Assembly (NCBI GenBank): GCA_031411295.1
Contig: JANOAV010000086.1
Span: 1-64,000, forward strand
Direction: 5' to 3'
Source: Verrucomicrobiales bacterium
GTDB lineage: Bacteria; Verrucomicrobiota; Verrucomicrobiia; Verrucomicrobiales; V1-33
DNA: 64,000 nucleotides
In this document: positions 29,251-39,861 of the stretch, piece by piece
How positions within the stretch are numbered: the stretch's first letter is position 1
How the letters are laid out: the number at the start of each line of letters is the position of its first letter
Made by a program: the position numbers and the translations under genes
The notes under the pieces: generated by a model
Told to the model about the DNA's origin: nothing
Seen by the model: only the letters and a program-made list of their open reading frames with translations
Databases searched by the model: none

Positions 29251-29674
29251 GGGTGGGCGGGGCAAGTAATGGTGCCAGAGTGGATGCGACGGTTTCCACA
29301 TGGCTAATTTCCTCTGCGGAGAACTCGTAGGGACACATTTTACCAATTCCTAACACGCCGACCACCGCTTGATCCTCGTCGAAGATGGGGACGGCCAACG
29401 CTCCTTCCACCTTGGTTTGCTTGGCGTCCGGACGGGCAATGCCGGAGGTGTCGGTTTGCAAATTACACATCTGGACGGGCGCTTCGCGCTCTGCGGCACA
29501 GCCTGCGATCCCTTTGCCGATGGGGACAAGTTCAATTTTGTCCAGCAACTGCGGCGGGATGCCATGGTGGGCCAGCAGGCGGAGTCCCAGGGTTTGCGGG
29601 TCAATGCCATGGATGGTGCCAGTGACGCACTCAAATTGATCAAGGATGCTGGCGAGTTTGGAGGCGTAGGTCAT
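29243..29674 (-). CDS. GAF domain protein
   Basis: VPIGKGIAG..ALAVPI..VVGVLGIG. Confidence 0.88.
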   Translation of the reverse strand: MTYASKLASILDQFECVTGTIHGIDPQTLGLRLLAHHGIPPQLLDKIELVPIGKGIAGCAAEREAPVQMCNLQTDTSGIARPDAKQTKVEGALAVPIFDEDQAVVGVLGIGKMCPYEFSAEEISHVETVASTLAPLLAPPTHD

Positions 29675-30042
29675 GAGAGGTCTTCTTCTAGGGAGTGTTC
29701 TTTGAGAGATTCAAGGTCGATGAATTCGACGGATGAACTATGGGTGGAGAGGAGTTTCACTTTGGGGGCCACGCCTGCTTCGTAGGCTTGCTGCCAGCGA
29801 CTGGCGCACAGGCACCAGCAGTCGCCCGGCTGGAGGCCCGGGAAGTCATATTCAGGGATGGGAGTGCTGAGGTCGTTGCCGACGAGTTTCGAGAAGGTCA
29901 GGAAGTCTTCCGTCACTTCGACACAAACGGTATGCACCCCTTGGTCGAAGGCTCCGGTGCGGCAATAGCCATCGCGATAGAACCCGGTCATCGGGCTCGT
30001 GCAGCATGGTTGTAACTCTGATCCCAAAACGTTGGTAGGCAT
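29671..30042 (-). CDS. DUF2237 family protein
   Basis: NVLG..PMTGFYRDGYC..GNDLSTP..WCLCASRW. Confidence 0.93.
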   Translation of the reverse strand: MPTNVLGSELQPCCTSPMTGFYRDGYCRTGAFDQGVHTVCVEVTEDFLTFSKLVGNDLSTPIPEYDFPGLQPGDCWCLCASRWQQAYEAGVAPKVKLLSTHSSSVEFIDLESLKEHSLEEDLS

Positions 30043-30161
30043 AATTCTTTAGTGTAGCGTGGTCTGGCGAGGATTCAAATTTCAAATGCGTGTTCTTGCA
30101 ATCGCTCAGACTTGCCAGTTTGGGTGAGATGTTGGAGGATGCCAACCATATTTCCACCATC

Positions 30162-31193
30162 ATGTCGCTGTCGCGCTTTTTCTTACTGTTTTCGCTGTGC
30201 TCATTATCCTCTGTCTGTGTTGGACAGGACGCGCGGCCATGGGGAATTTCCTCAGAGGAAATTCCCGTGGTGACCGAGGGAACCTTTGCCGTGGGCACAG
30301 AACTCAGCGGCATTGCCTCGTTGGATGGAGTCGGTTGTCTGGTGGTTAGTAATGAAACTCGCTGTGCGGAGATTGGCTATTTAAAATCGACTCCTTGGCG
30401 CTTCACGGCAGGCCCGGAGATCCCCTTACAGCCTCCAGCGGGCGGGCCGGATGAATGTGACTTCGAAGCGGTGGCGGCCGATCCTGCGAGCGCCACTTTC
30501 TACGTGTTAGGTTCTCATGCCGTGGCCAAGAAGAAGGGGAAGCCCAGGGTGGAACAACAGGTGCTCTTTCGGCTCCCAGTGGATGCGGCCACGAAATTGC
30601 CTGATCCCGCCAAGGGCCGGGAGTATCAGGGAATCTCGCTCACCACTTGGTTGCTGCGCGTGCCGGAAATCGCCCCTTACTTCGGGAAACCATTGCAGCA
30701 GAATGGACTGAATTTGGAGGGCCTGGGATGTCGGCAGGGGAATCTCTTCATCGGCTGCCGCGCGCCTCATTTGCAAGGTCGCACGCCCGTGCTGGAGGTC
30801 TCTGCCAACGCGCTGTTCACGTTACCTCCTGCGCAGTGGCCGGCTCCCAAAGTCCATTTGCTGGCACTGGGTAAAGGCTGCGGCGTGCGGGATCTGGCTG
30901 CGACCAAGGACGGATTCCTCATTCTGGCTGGGGAGGCCGGATCGGAGGCCAACGAAACGTTCCTCCGCACGGAGAACTACGCGGAGGATGCCAATTTCAC
31001 TCTCTATTTCTGGAATCCCAGCGACCCTCGTCCCCCAGCCCGCGTCGGGAATCTGCCCATTGTGCTGGGCAAGGCGGAAGGACTGCTCGTCTATGAAGAA
31101 ACGGAGCAACTGCTCACGGTGATCGTGCTCTATGACGGCTCCTACAACGGCATGCCGCGCGTCTTCAAATTGAGCAAACCGAAGCGGGATTAG
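30162..31193 (+). CDS. DUF3616 domain secreted protein
   Basis: Signal peptide MSLSRFFLLF; LSG, DFEA, GSH, NLEGL and KAEG motifs. Confidence 0.78.
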   Translation: MSLSRFFLLFSLCSLSSVCVGQDARPWGISSEEIPVVTEGTFAVGTELSGIASLDGVGCLVVSNETRCAEIGYLKSTPWRFTAGPEIPLQPPAGGPDECDFEAVAADPASATFYVLGSHAVAKKKGKPRVEQQVLFRLPVDAATKLPDPAKGREYQGISLTTWLLRVPEIAPYFGKPLQQNGLNLEGLGCRQGNLFIGCRAPHLQGRTPVLEVSANALFTLPPAQWPAPKVHLLALGKGCGVRDLAATKDGFLILAGEAGSEANETFLRTENYAEDANFTLYFWNPSDPRPPARVGNLPIVLGKAEGLLVYEETEQLLTVIVLYDGSYNGMPRVFKLSKPKRD

Positions 31194-31363
31194 GTCGCGT
31201 TTGATAAGATCACACCGTAGAGGGCGCGCCCTCGCTCCCAATGATTGTAGTAATGGGCTTCAGCCCGCAGGCGCTTACTTAAGGCCCAAAACCTTGTGGT
31301 ATCGGCTTTGCCGAGGTTTGGCTAGCAGCACAACCGACTTGGCCCCGCCACAAAGCTGCTCGC

Positions 31364-31553
31364 AAAGTAGCCGTCATCGCTCCGCGTGACGGCAGGCGTT
31401 AGCGTGCGCCTTCGAGTTCGGAGCTAGTCTGCCTAGCGCAGGACGGCGTTGGCATCAACGGCGCATGGCAGGGCCGCTGGCGTATGGTAATTCGAGCGGT
31501 GGCAGGATGGGGAAATCGCGCTGGTCATCACGCGGAGCGATGATGACTACTTT
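31364..31553. repeat. REPIN/MITE-like element with 26-bp GTAG-type terminal inverted repeats
   Basis: AAAGTAGCCGTCATCGCTCCGCGTGA (31364-31389) matches the reverse complement of 31528-31553 at 24/26. Confidence 0.8.
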
Positions 31554-31712
31554 AAGGGACCGTAGTCCGGGGCTTTACGAGGTGTGGGGCTAATCCGACT
31601 GGGGTTTTGCGTGCCTCCAGACCGCAAAATTAGTCCGCGAAAGTGGAGTGCACTTTGATTGCCCGGGTGTGGCAACGGGATGATACTTAAGAAATAACGA
31701 CTGTCGCCTTTT

Positions 31713-34166
31713 ATGAAATCCCATCTTCCCTTCTGCTGTGCCTTGATTCTGAGCATGGTTACTTCGTTCGCTGCCAGCCCCACCCTCAATGGCATTATGC
31801 CTCGGGGCGGACAACTGAACACGGACGCCACGCTTACCTTTACAGGGGAGCGCCTGGAAGACGTCGAGCAAGTCTTCTGCGCCACCCCTGAGATCAAGAT
31901 CACTGGGATGAAAGTGGAAGACAAAGGCAAGGTGACGGGCACGATCCACATCGATGCCAACTGCCCGCTGGGGGAGCACATTTTCCGCCTGCGTGCCAAG
32001 AGCGGCCTGACCTACGCCCGCACCTTCTGGGTGGGTCAATTCCCGGCCGTGGAGGAGAAAGAGCCGAACACTCTGCTGACACAAGCGCAGGAAGTAACTC
32101 TGGGCACCACACTGCAAGGCGTGATCGAAAACGAGGACGTCGATTACTATAAATTTACCGCCAAAAAAGGCGAACGGCTCAGTTTGGAACTGGAAGGCAT
32201 TCGACTGGGAACCATCAACATGGATCCTTACGTGGCTATTCTGGATGCGAAGAAATTCGAACTCGCCACCTGCGATGACTCCGCCCTGCTGATGCAGGAC
32301 TGCTATGTTAGCGTCATCGCTCCAGAGGACGGAATTTACTATGCGGAGATCCGGGATTCATCCTACATCGGCAACGGCAACTATCGTTACCGGGCTCATC
32401 TTGGTTCCTTTCCACGCCCGAGCGCCGTCTATCCGTTGGGCGGCAAGGCTGGGGCCAAGGTGGAGGTCACCTATCTGGGAGATGCTTCCGGCCCCCTCAA
32501 GGAAACCGTGACAGTGCCCAACACGCCAGGTGAGAAAATGCCGCTCTCAGCCAAACTCAACGCTCTGAGCGCGCCCTCCCCCAATTGGTTCCGCGTCACC
32601 AGCATGGACCACACACTCGAAGTAGAACCCAACAACAACCTGGAGGAGGCCGCCAAACAGGCCACCGCCCCCGCCCTGCCTCAAGCTTTCAATGGCATTA
32701 TCGAAAAGGCGAGCGATGACGATTGGTTCAAATTTTCCGCCAAGAAGGATCAGAAATTCGATTTCGTCGTCCATGCCCGCTCGCTCCGCAGTCCGTTGGA
32801 CGCCATGATCAAAATCTACAACAAGGATCGCGCGGAACTCGGAGCTAACGACGACAATGGTGCCAATCCCGATAGCAAACTCCCTAACTGGACGTGTCCC
32901 GCCGATGGCGAATACTACTTGCGCGTGCGCGATCATTTGCTGCGCGGCGGTCCAGACTACGTTTACTTGGTGGAGGCCAATGTGGCCCAACCGGAAATCA
33001 ACGCCTATGTCACCCGGCAGGATCGGAATGACACTCAACTGCGCACCGCCATGCTGGTGGCTCGTGGCAACACCATTGCCGCCCCAGTTACCGTGGATCG
33101 TGCGAACATCGGCGGAGAAGTCCTGATGGACATTCCTGATCTGCCAGCGGGCGTGAAGTTGGAGCAAATGCCCCTGCCGGGAAATTTGAACCAATACCTC
33201 CTCTCGTTCACTGCCGCCGCAGACGCCCCTCTCGGCCTGGCCCTGTCTCACCCTTCCCCCAAGACGACCGATCCCAAACAACCCTTCTCCGGCAAGTGGG
33301 CTCAGAACATTGAATGGGTCCAGGGCGAGCCTAACAACACCGTTTATTACGCCACCATGCAGCGCACTATCCCGGTCTGCGTCGTGGACGAACTGCCCTA
33401 CACCCTGGAAATCGTAAAGCCGACCGTGCCCGCAGTCCAGAGTGGCAACATTAGCCTGAAAGTGGTGGCGAAGCGCAAGGAAGGCTTCACCAAACCCATC
33501 ACCGTCCGCATGCTATGGAACCCGCCTGGCATCAGTAGCCCCGGCAGTGTGCCCATCCCCGAGAATGCCACTGAGTGCATTTACACCATGAACGTCAACG
33601 GCGGGGCCGAAATCAAGACTTGGAAAATTGCCGTCACAGGTGATTCCGATGCCGGGGCTGGACCCATCGCTGTGTCCAGTCCGCTGTGTGATCTAACGGT
33701 GGCCCCACCCTATCTCACCATGAAGATCGAAATGGGTGCCTGCGAACAAGGCAAACAAACCGAACTCCTCTGCAAGCTGGAGCAGACCAAACCCTTCGAA
33801 GGCAAGGCCAAGGTAACGCTCTACGGCCTTCCTGCCAAAGCGACTGCGCCCGAACTGGAGATCGATTCTAAAACGACCGAACTCCGCATCCCCATCACCA
33901 CCGCACCCGATACCCCGGCTGGCAAACACGTGAACCTCTTCTGCAACATCAACGTCATCGAAGCCGGAGTCGCCATTCCCCATATCGTGGCTCAAGGTGG
34001 CACGCTGCGAGTGGACCCACCGCCTCCAGCCCCACCACCAGTAGCCGCTGCTCCCGCCGCCCCCGCACCCACCCCCGTGGCCGCAGCTCCCGCCGCCCCA
34101 GCCGCTCCCAAGCCGCTCAGCCGTTTGGAACAACTCCGCCAGCAGGCCGCTGGTGGGGCCAAGTAA
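31713..34166 (+). CDS. PPC (pre-peptidase C-terminal) domain protein typical of PVC bacteria
   Basis: Signal peptide; repeated EKEPN / EVEPNN..D.D.(Y/F)KF.AKK modules; Pro/Ala tail ending LSRLEQLR. Confidence 0.85.
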   Translation: MKSHLPFCCALILSMVTSFAASPTLNGIMPRGGQLNTDATLTFTGERLEDVEQVFCATPEIKITGMKVEDKGKVTGTIHIDANCPLGEHIFRLRAKSGLTYARTFWVGQFPAVEEKEPNTLLTQAQEVTLGTTLQGVIENEDVDYYKFTAKKGERLSLELEGIRLGTINMDPYVAILDAKKFELATCDDSALLMQDCYVSVIAPEDGIYYAEIRDSSYIGNGNYRYRAHLGSFPRPSAVYPLGGKAGAKVEVTYLGDASGPLKETVTVPNTPGEKMPLSAKLNALSAPSPNWFRVTSMDHTLEVEPNNNLEEAAKQATAPALPQAFNGIIEKASDDDWFKFSAKKDQKFDFVVHARSLRSPLDAMIKIYNKDRAELGANDDNGANPDSKLPNWTCPADGEYYLRVRDHLLRGGPDYVYLVEANVAQPEINAYVTRQDRNDTQLRTAMLVARGNTIAAPVTVDRANIGGEVLMDIPDLPAGVKLEQMPLPGNLNQYLLSFTAAADAPLGLALSHPSPKTTDPKQPFSGKWAQNIEWVQGEPNNTVYYATMQRTIPVCVVDELPYTLEIVKPTVPAVQSGNISLKVVAKRKEGFTKPITVRMLWNPPGISSPGSVPIPENATECIYTMNVNGGAEIKTWKIAVTGDSDAGAGPIAVSSPLCDLTVAPPYLTMKIEMGACEQGKQTELLCKLEQTKPFEGKAKVTLYGLPAKATAPELEIDSKTTELRIPITTAPDTPAGKHVNLFCNINVIEAGVAIPHIVAQGGTLRVDPPPPAPPPVAAAPAAPAPTPVAAAPAAPAAPKPLSRLEQLRQQAAGGAK

Positions 34167-34222
34167 AGCTGATTTACCGGCCTCCGAAATCGGCCGCAAC
34201 GACGCATGATCGCGAATCCACC

Positions 34223-34882
34223 TCAGCGCTTATGCCCGGGTGAAAGTAATATCAGCACCAGAAAAATCGCGAAGACCACTACGATCACGATCCACTCCCA
34301 AAGCTCCGTATTCCGCTCCTTGGAACTCAATCGCAGGTTACTGCGCAGTAAGGCTATTTTTTCACGCAACGGTGCCCTTGCCTTACTTTGGGTCACACTG
34401 ATCACGGGGGGCTTGCGGATGGGCGCGTCCTCGGAGATATCGATGCGATTCGGTTGCACAATCCGATGGGGTTGATGGTCCTGGCTTTCCATCCACAATC
34501 GTTGGCACCTACTGCAAATGTCCAACTCGACTTCCCGCCCCTGAAACGGAATCAACACCGCCGTCATGTTGCGATGACATTCCGGGCAACAGGCCTTGCG
34601 GTTTGGGCGCACGGGTTGTTCCAACGTTGTCATCCAAATTTCATCTGCATGAAATTCAGGGACCAACTTACGAAACTGACTGAAATTCAAAGACGATCCC
34701 GCACACTGCGGACAGCGCCATGCCAATCCAGTCTCATGATCCGTGGGCGTCAAGTTCACCTCGCAACGCGGACAGGATGGCACCCGTCCCAGCAGTTGTG
34801 CAGCCTCCTGGGCCGCATGCGGTCGCAAGCTCAGTTCTGAACTGCGTGCAGGCGGGGGATCATTCGCATCAAATCGTGACAT
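34223..34882 (-). CDS. zf-TFIIB-type zinc-ribbon protein with C-terminal TM helix
   Basis: CPRC, CPQC, CPEC and ELDICSRC..W. Confidence 0.75.
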   Translation of the reverse strand: MSRFDANDPPPARSSELSLRPHAAQEAAQLLGRVPSCPRCEVNLTPTDHETGLAWRCPQCAGSSLNFSQFRKLVPEFHADEIWMTTLEQPVRPNRKACCPECHRNMTAVLIPFQGREVELDICSRCQRLWMESQDHQPHRIVQPNRIDISEDAPIRKPPVISVTQSKARAPLREKIALLRSNLRLSSKERNTELWEWIVIVVVFAIFLVLILLSPGHKR

Positions 34883-34926
34883 GGTTAGTTTATCCTCACG
34901 CTAAATGCCTGCTTCGCAAGTTCAAC

Positions 34927-36435
34927 TCAGTCTTCTTTCGCCCCGCCCAGGGTCACCGTGATCTTGTATTTATCCTGCAGATGCGCATGCGCTTGGCTGG
35001 CTTGGGATGAGGTGGGATAGGCTTTGCAGGTCTGCTGGAACGCCTTGATGGCGGGTTCCGTTTTGCCGGCTTCTTCGTAAGTGTAGCCAATCTGGATAGC
35101 AGCATCGGGAGCGCTGCCGTTGTCTGCTTTGGCTTGGCCGTAGAGGGTGATTGCCTCGCTGTATTGCTTGAGTTTGCGATGGCAACGAGCCATCGCGAAA
35201 TGAGTGGAGGGAAAGCGATCCACCTGCCGATAAGTTTGAATCGCCAGCGCGAAGCGTTCGGTTTGCTCGTAGCAATCAGCGATGCTGGCGAGATAGTCAC
35301 TCGCCTTGGCGGCATCCTTCACCATCAGCTCCCGATAAATTTCGATGGCCTTATCGTGCTGACCATCCTCGCGCCACATCTTGGCAATTTCCAATTGCCC
35401 TGCTATTTGATTCTCCAACTTGGCATAAATCGCCCGCGCCTTATCGCGCTGTTTTTGCCCTTTGTAGAACTCCGCCATCTTACCTAGAATCTCATCGTCG
35501 GAGCCGAAGAGTTTACTCATGGTTTCGTAGGTCTTGATGATCTCCTGAGTCCGTCCGGAATGATGATAGGCCCCCGCCATGCGGTAGTAGAGATCGCGCG
35601 CCAAGGCTCGTGCTTTGTCTTCCTTGAGATCCTCCGGCACCGACTTCATCAGCATCGCAATCACCGTATCCGCCAGCGCCAAGCCTTTTGCTTTGGTCTT
35701 CTCATCACCCATCCAATGTCCGATGATCCCGGCGGAAAGCTCGTAAACTTGCCGACTTAACTCTGCACCCTCACACATCGTGGACAACGTCGTCAGCGCT
35801 TCATCCATCTTGCCATTGCCAATTTGGATCTGCGCCAGTTCTCGTTTTGCATTGGCCACGTGACCTTTGTTCCCCTCCGAGGCAGGGGAGGAAAAAGCAA
35901 TCAACTGCAAGAGCTTCATCCGCTTCTCCTCGGACTTGGCCTTCTTGGCCATTTCCAGCAATTCCACCCGCGCCAGCGTGATCATCGGATCCTTCTCATG
36001 CAGCGCGATAAATTTTTCGTAAGCCACTTCCGCCTTCTGCACTTCCCCAATGTCCCGATAACTCCGTGCCATTAGAAACGAAGCCAACAAAGCTTCGCGC
36101 GAGTCCGGCCAGTATTCGATCACCGACTGGAATCCTTCCCGCAGGGCCGTATTCACATTGCGTAATTTCACCTGACAGTGACTCCACATCAGTTGCGCGT
36201 AAGCCGCCCCCCGGCTCTTCTCGTAGAGGGTGAGGAATTTCTCGTATTCATCACGCGCCGTGGCGTATTCCTCCGCCAAATAATGTTTCTCTGCGATCTT
36301 CAATTGATACCGCTCCACCTCCCGCAGTTCAGCGAAGGTATTGACTTCCATTTGTTCCAACCCCGTCAACGCAGCCCCCAGGGCGGCGGCAGCGGGGAGG
36401 AACATCATTGCGAGGAGGATTGCGAGACGAGCCAT
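34927..36435 (-). CDS. Tetratricopeptide repeat protein
   Basis: Signal peptide and TPR-like helical repeats. Confidence 0.85.
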   Translation of the reverse strand: MARLAILLAMMFLPAAAALGAALTGLEQMEVNTFAELREVERYQLKIAEKHYLAEEYATARDEYEKFLTLYEKSRGAAYAQLMWSHCQVKLRNVNTALREGFQSVIEYWPDSREALLASFLMARSYRDIGEVQKAEVAYEKFIALHEKDPMITLARVELLEMAKKAKSEEKRMKLLQLIAFSSPASEGNKGHVANAKRELAQIQIGNGKMDEALTTLSTMCEGAELSRQVYELSAGIIGHWMGDEKTKAKGLALADTVIAMLMKSVPEDLKEDKARALARDLYYRMAGAYHHSGRTQEIIKTYETMSKLFGSDDEILGKMAEFYKGQKQRDKARAIYAKLENQIAGQLEIAKMWREDGQHDKAIEIYRELMVKDAAKASDYLASIADCYEQTERFALAIQTYRQVDRFPSTHFAMARCHRKLKQYSEAITLYGQAKADNGSAPDAAIQIGYTYEEAGKTEPAIKAFQQTCKAYPTSSQASQAHAHLQDKYKITVTLGGAKED

Positions 36436-37865
36436 TTGTTGTATTCGTTATGGGAGTAGGAAATGATATTGACGCCCAGTTGATAGCAGTATTCCCAGAT
36501 TTCGCGTTTCACGCCAGCGTGACCGTCGGCCCAGGCATCGCCAATATCACCCGGATGATAGTAGCAGACCAACCGGCCCTCAAACACCCAACCCCACGCA
36601 TCTTTGCCACCGTGCGGAGCCACGTAGGGGAGGAATGGAATCTCATACGGGACGCGATGCACGGGATGGTCGAGTGGAACTCGGATCGGCGTGAGCGTCG
36701 GCAGGACCCGCTGCATCAGCCCAAAGAACTGGGTATGCCAGCCACTGCTGCCACCATTGTCGGCAAATAACATGCCGTGTTTCTCCAGTAAATATTGCCG
36801 CAGCGTCTGCACGTCATCATCACTGACATCAATGCCCCGTTGACCGGTGATGTAGAGAAACGGTGGCGATTGTCTTGGCGGAAATTTCTTCAGCTGTGCA
36901 ATCGGCCGAGACTCCGTGGCATCGGCCACAGGCTGCCCGGTGCGGATGCCGTATTCCAGCAGCAAATTCAAATCCGATCCCACACCCATATCCTGATCCC
37001 AGTCGCCTCCGGCATATTCCAAGCGAATCAGCCGCACCTTCCCCCGGCTCGTTCCCGCCGCATAACCAGGCGTGTCTTCAATGCCGGCACCGATCTGATA
37101 CCGATGCTGCGTCACGTCCTGCAACCGTAGTTTCACATCGTCCAACGGTGGTGGATTGAAGATCACGGAGCTGTAGGGATTGATGACATACTTTCGTTTC
37201 ACCACCTTCTGGACTTGCACCACCTGACGCAGTTTCTTCGTCTCCCCGCCGCCCGCCGGCATTTCATAAATTTCCCGACACCCGGGAATATTGCTCAGGA
37301 TCAACGCCAACATCATAAAGGCGAAGGAATACGCGGCAAACGTGCCCAGCGATTGATGCAGCTTCTGCCGATTCTTCCCATAATACCAAGCCGCCAACTG
37401 ATACGGATTCCAGATGCGACGTCGCGCGGGAAACCTGAATACAGGCTGCAAGGCCGTCTGCCGATCCACATACCAAATGGTCCAAGCCAGTCCCAGCAGA
37501 AACGTCGCGATGCCACCCAGCAATCGAACTGTGTCCGCCAGTTCCCGCCAACGCAGTTCCCACAAACTCAGCGCCACGGCCTGCCAGCAAGCCACAAACA
37601 TCACGCTCGCGATGGCGCGACGAATCAGCAATGACCGATCCTTTGTTTTCCTCCACCGATAAATCCCCAGCCCCGTCAGCACTAGCAACACCGCCAAACT
37701 TACTTTTGAGGACAGCAAATGCCATGCCGTCACATCCACCCACGCCAGCATCCAGCCAGCCACCCCGGCGGCACCGAACAACTGCGCCCGACCAGTCGGA
37801 TCCCGCCACCGTCGGAGGAAATCCTGTTTGATGGCCAACGCCATGTGTTGGAGCCGGGCCCGCAT
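36405..37865 (-). CDS. DUF4159 domain membrane protein
   Basis: N-terminal TM helices; RLEYAGGDW..PFLYITG..GDIGDAW..QLGVNI. Confidence 0.82.
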   Translation of the reverse strand: MRARLQHMALAIKQDFLRRWRDPTGRAQLFGAAGVAGWMLAWVDVTAWHLLSSKVSLAVLLVLTGLGIYRWRKTKDRSLLIRRAIASVMFVACWQAVALSLWELRWRELADTVRLLGGIATFLLGLAWTIWYVDRQTALQPVFRFPARRRIWNPYQLAAWYYGKNRQKLHQSLGTFAAYSFAFMMLALILSNIPGCREIYEMPAGGGETKKLRQVVQVQKVVKRKYVINPYSSVIFNPPPLDDVKLRLQDVTQHRYQIGAGIEDTPGYAAGTSRGKVRLIRLEYAGGDWDQDMGVGSDLNLLLEYGIRTGQPVADATESRPIAQLKKFPPRQSPPFLYITGQRGIDVSDDDVQTLRQYLLEKHGMLFADNGGSSGWHTQFFGLMQRVLPTLTPIRVPLDHPVHRVPYEIPFLPYVAPHGGKDAWGWVFEGRLVCYYHPGDIGDAWADGHAGVKREIWEYCYQLGVNIISYSHNEYNKWLVSQSSSQ

Positions 37866-37868
37866 GTG

Positions 37869-38324
37869 TTAGTTTTTCAAGTCTTTCAGCAAATCATCCG
37901 TTGCCTTCTCCAGCGGATTCTGGCTCGGCGGAGCTTCCTTTGTTTCGCCAATGCCCAACTTCTCCGCCGCCTTTACAGACGGGCCAGGTTCCGCCGGTTT
38001 CGGCTCTACCGGGGCCGTCGGCACCACGGCGGCCGCTGCGGGTGGCGTCTGGGGAACTTTCGCAGCCACCGGATTCACCAGGCTCCACAACCAAGGTCCC
38101 AGCGTGAACACAGCGATCAGAATCAACCAGCCGATCCCTGCCTGCAGGGTGCATTTCACGAGGCTGCTCGACGCCAGCATCCCCAACATTTCCTGCGGAC
38201 TCTTGCCTCGCATCTGCGCCAGGAACTCTCGAATCTCCTGGCTGGAGGCTGCGGTGTTGCGACGGATTTTCTTTAAATCGGCCGCGATGGAAACCGTCGG
38301 ATTAGGATTGGATTCAGATTTCAT
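37869..38324 (-). CDS. Hypothetical single-TM protein
   Basis: 151-aa ORF tightly packed within the operon. Confidence 0.75.
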   Translation of the reverse strand: MKSESNPNPTVSIAADLKKIRRNTAASSQEIREFLAQMRGKSPQEMLGMLASSSLVKCTLQAGIGWLILIAVFTLGPWLWSLVNPVAAKVPQTPPAAAAVVPTAPVEPKPAEPGPSVKAAEKLGIGETKEAPPSQNPLEKATDDLLKDLKN

Positions 38325-38731
38325 GGAGCAGTTTTTTCTTCTTCTAAAATATGGACGAGTTCGCCACCAGCCGAACTGATGGCTTCGATGGCAGGTTCAA
38401 AATATTGCGCTGGCGTGCGCAGGTCCACCTTGAGATGCACCGCGCGTTGTCCCGCGGGCCGATCCCCCAGAATGCGCGTCAACTCCGTGCCCAGGCTGGC
38501 CACACCAATGTTGCGGCCATTGAGAAACAGTTTGCGATCCGCATCAATCGCCACCTCCGCGACCGCCACGCTGGCGCTCTTCACGGTGGGAGCCGTGGCG
38601 GGTTTCCATCGAATGTGGCTCGTGTCATTGGTGCGGGCGAGGATGAATAGAAAGATCAGCAACAGAAACGCGATGTCCCCCATGGCCACGGCGGGCACGG
38701 AAGCTTCGAGTTTCAAACGCGGGATCTTCAT
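38321..38731 (-). CDS. ExbD/TolR family protein
   Basis: MGDIAFLLLIF..LKVD. Confidence 0.88.
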   Translation of the reverse strand: MKIPRLKLEASVPAVAMGDIAFLLLIFLFILARTNDTSHIRWKPATAPTVKSASVAVAEVAIDADRKLFLNGRNIGVASLGTELTRILGDRPAGQRAVHLKVDLRTPAQYFEPAIEAISSAGGELVHILEEEKTAP

Positions 38732-38734
38732 GGG

Positions 38735-39160
38735 TCAGTTTACCGTGGTGGATTTGGTTTCTTCGAGCCGCAGCGTGATCGTGCCCCCGGCACTTTCCAC
38801 CAGCCCCGTGACTTGAATCCAACGTTGATAAGGTGTCGCCTGATCACTCTTCACCAGCACCACTTTGTCTTCCGGTTTGTTCTTGCCAGCCAGCAACGAA
38901 GCCAGGCGTGACGAGAGTTTCTCCAGCGGAACCGGCTCGCCATTCACAATGATAATTTTCGGCGTTAGGGACACTTCGATGTTCTGACTCTGACGACTCT
39001 TCTCCTTCTGTTCATCCACCTTCGGAATCAATTGCTCCCGGCCGGTATCCGGCTGCACGGAGGCGCAGACGAGAAAGAATACAATGAGGTTGAACGCGAT
39101 GTCTGAAGTCGCGGAGGCGGGTGGTTCCAGCAAAAGGGCTCGACGTTTCAGCCGCATCAT
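38735..39160 (-). CDS. ExbD/TolR family protein
   Basis: SDIAFNLIVFF..KSDQATPY. Confidence 0.88.
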   Translation of the reverse strand: MMRLKRRALLLEPPASATSDIAFNLIVFFLVCASVQPDTGREQLIPKVDEQKEKSRQSQNIEVSLTPKIIIVNGEPVPLEKLSSRLASLLAGKNKPEDKVVLVKSDQATPYQRWIQVTGLVESAGGTITLRLEETKSTTVN

Positions 39161-39861
39161 GGCCGTGGTGAAGAGGAGTCGGGACCCAGCGTCATTTGCA
39201 GGGTGATCGTTTCAATCAACTCCGCCGCGGAGCTTTCTACTTGGAGGATGAAACCATTGATGACGCTGGTGAAATAGTTGAACCCCATGAAAGCCGGTAT
39301 CCCCACAATGAGCCCGAACGCCGTCGTGATCAGCGCCACCTCAATCCCGCCCGCCGCCGCTTCCACAATGTTCTTCTCCCCCATCGTTTCCACAATGTGG
39401 CCGAACGAAACTATCATCCCCTGCACGGTGCCGAGAAATCCCAGCATCGGAGCCACACTGGAGACCGTCGCCAGAATCGGCAAATGCCGTTCCATGGCCG
39501 CCACGATGTGTGAGCTGTAACCTTCCATGCTCTTCAGCACCTGCTCCTCGATCCGGGCCGGATCATGCCCCAGTCGTCGCAGCACCAAATATTTCCTAAC
39601 GCCATTCGCCAGAATAGCCGCCACCGGTCCCTGCTTCTGATCACACAGCGCCACCGCCTCCTCCACCTTGTCCGCCGTGAGCAAATCACTCACCTCCCGA
39701 CGCAACGCATCATCCCCGCGCTCGAGCATTTTCAAACTCCGATACCGCTCAATCATGACCCCTGCTCCCAGCACCCCCAGGATCAAAATGGGCCACATAA
39801 ATATCCCGCCACGCAGCATATAGCCGATGGCTCCTGAATCAAATAAACTGGTAGCTAGCAT
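39157..39861 (-). CDS. MotA/TolQ/ExbB proton channel family protein
   Basis: APMLGFLGTVQGMI..GIEVALITTAFGL. Confidence 0.93.
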   Translation of the reverse strand: MLATSLFDSGAIGYMLRGGIFMWPILILGVLGAGVMIERYRSLKMLERGDDALRREVSDLLTADKVEEAVALCDQKQGPVAAILANGVRKYLVLRRLGHDPARIEEQVLKSMEGYSSHIVAAMERHLPILATVSSVAPMLGFLGTVQGMIVSFGHIVETMGEKNIVEAAAGGIEVALITTAFGLIVGIPAFMGFNYFTSVINGFILQVESSAAELIETITLQMTLGPDSSSPRP

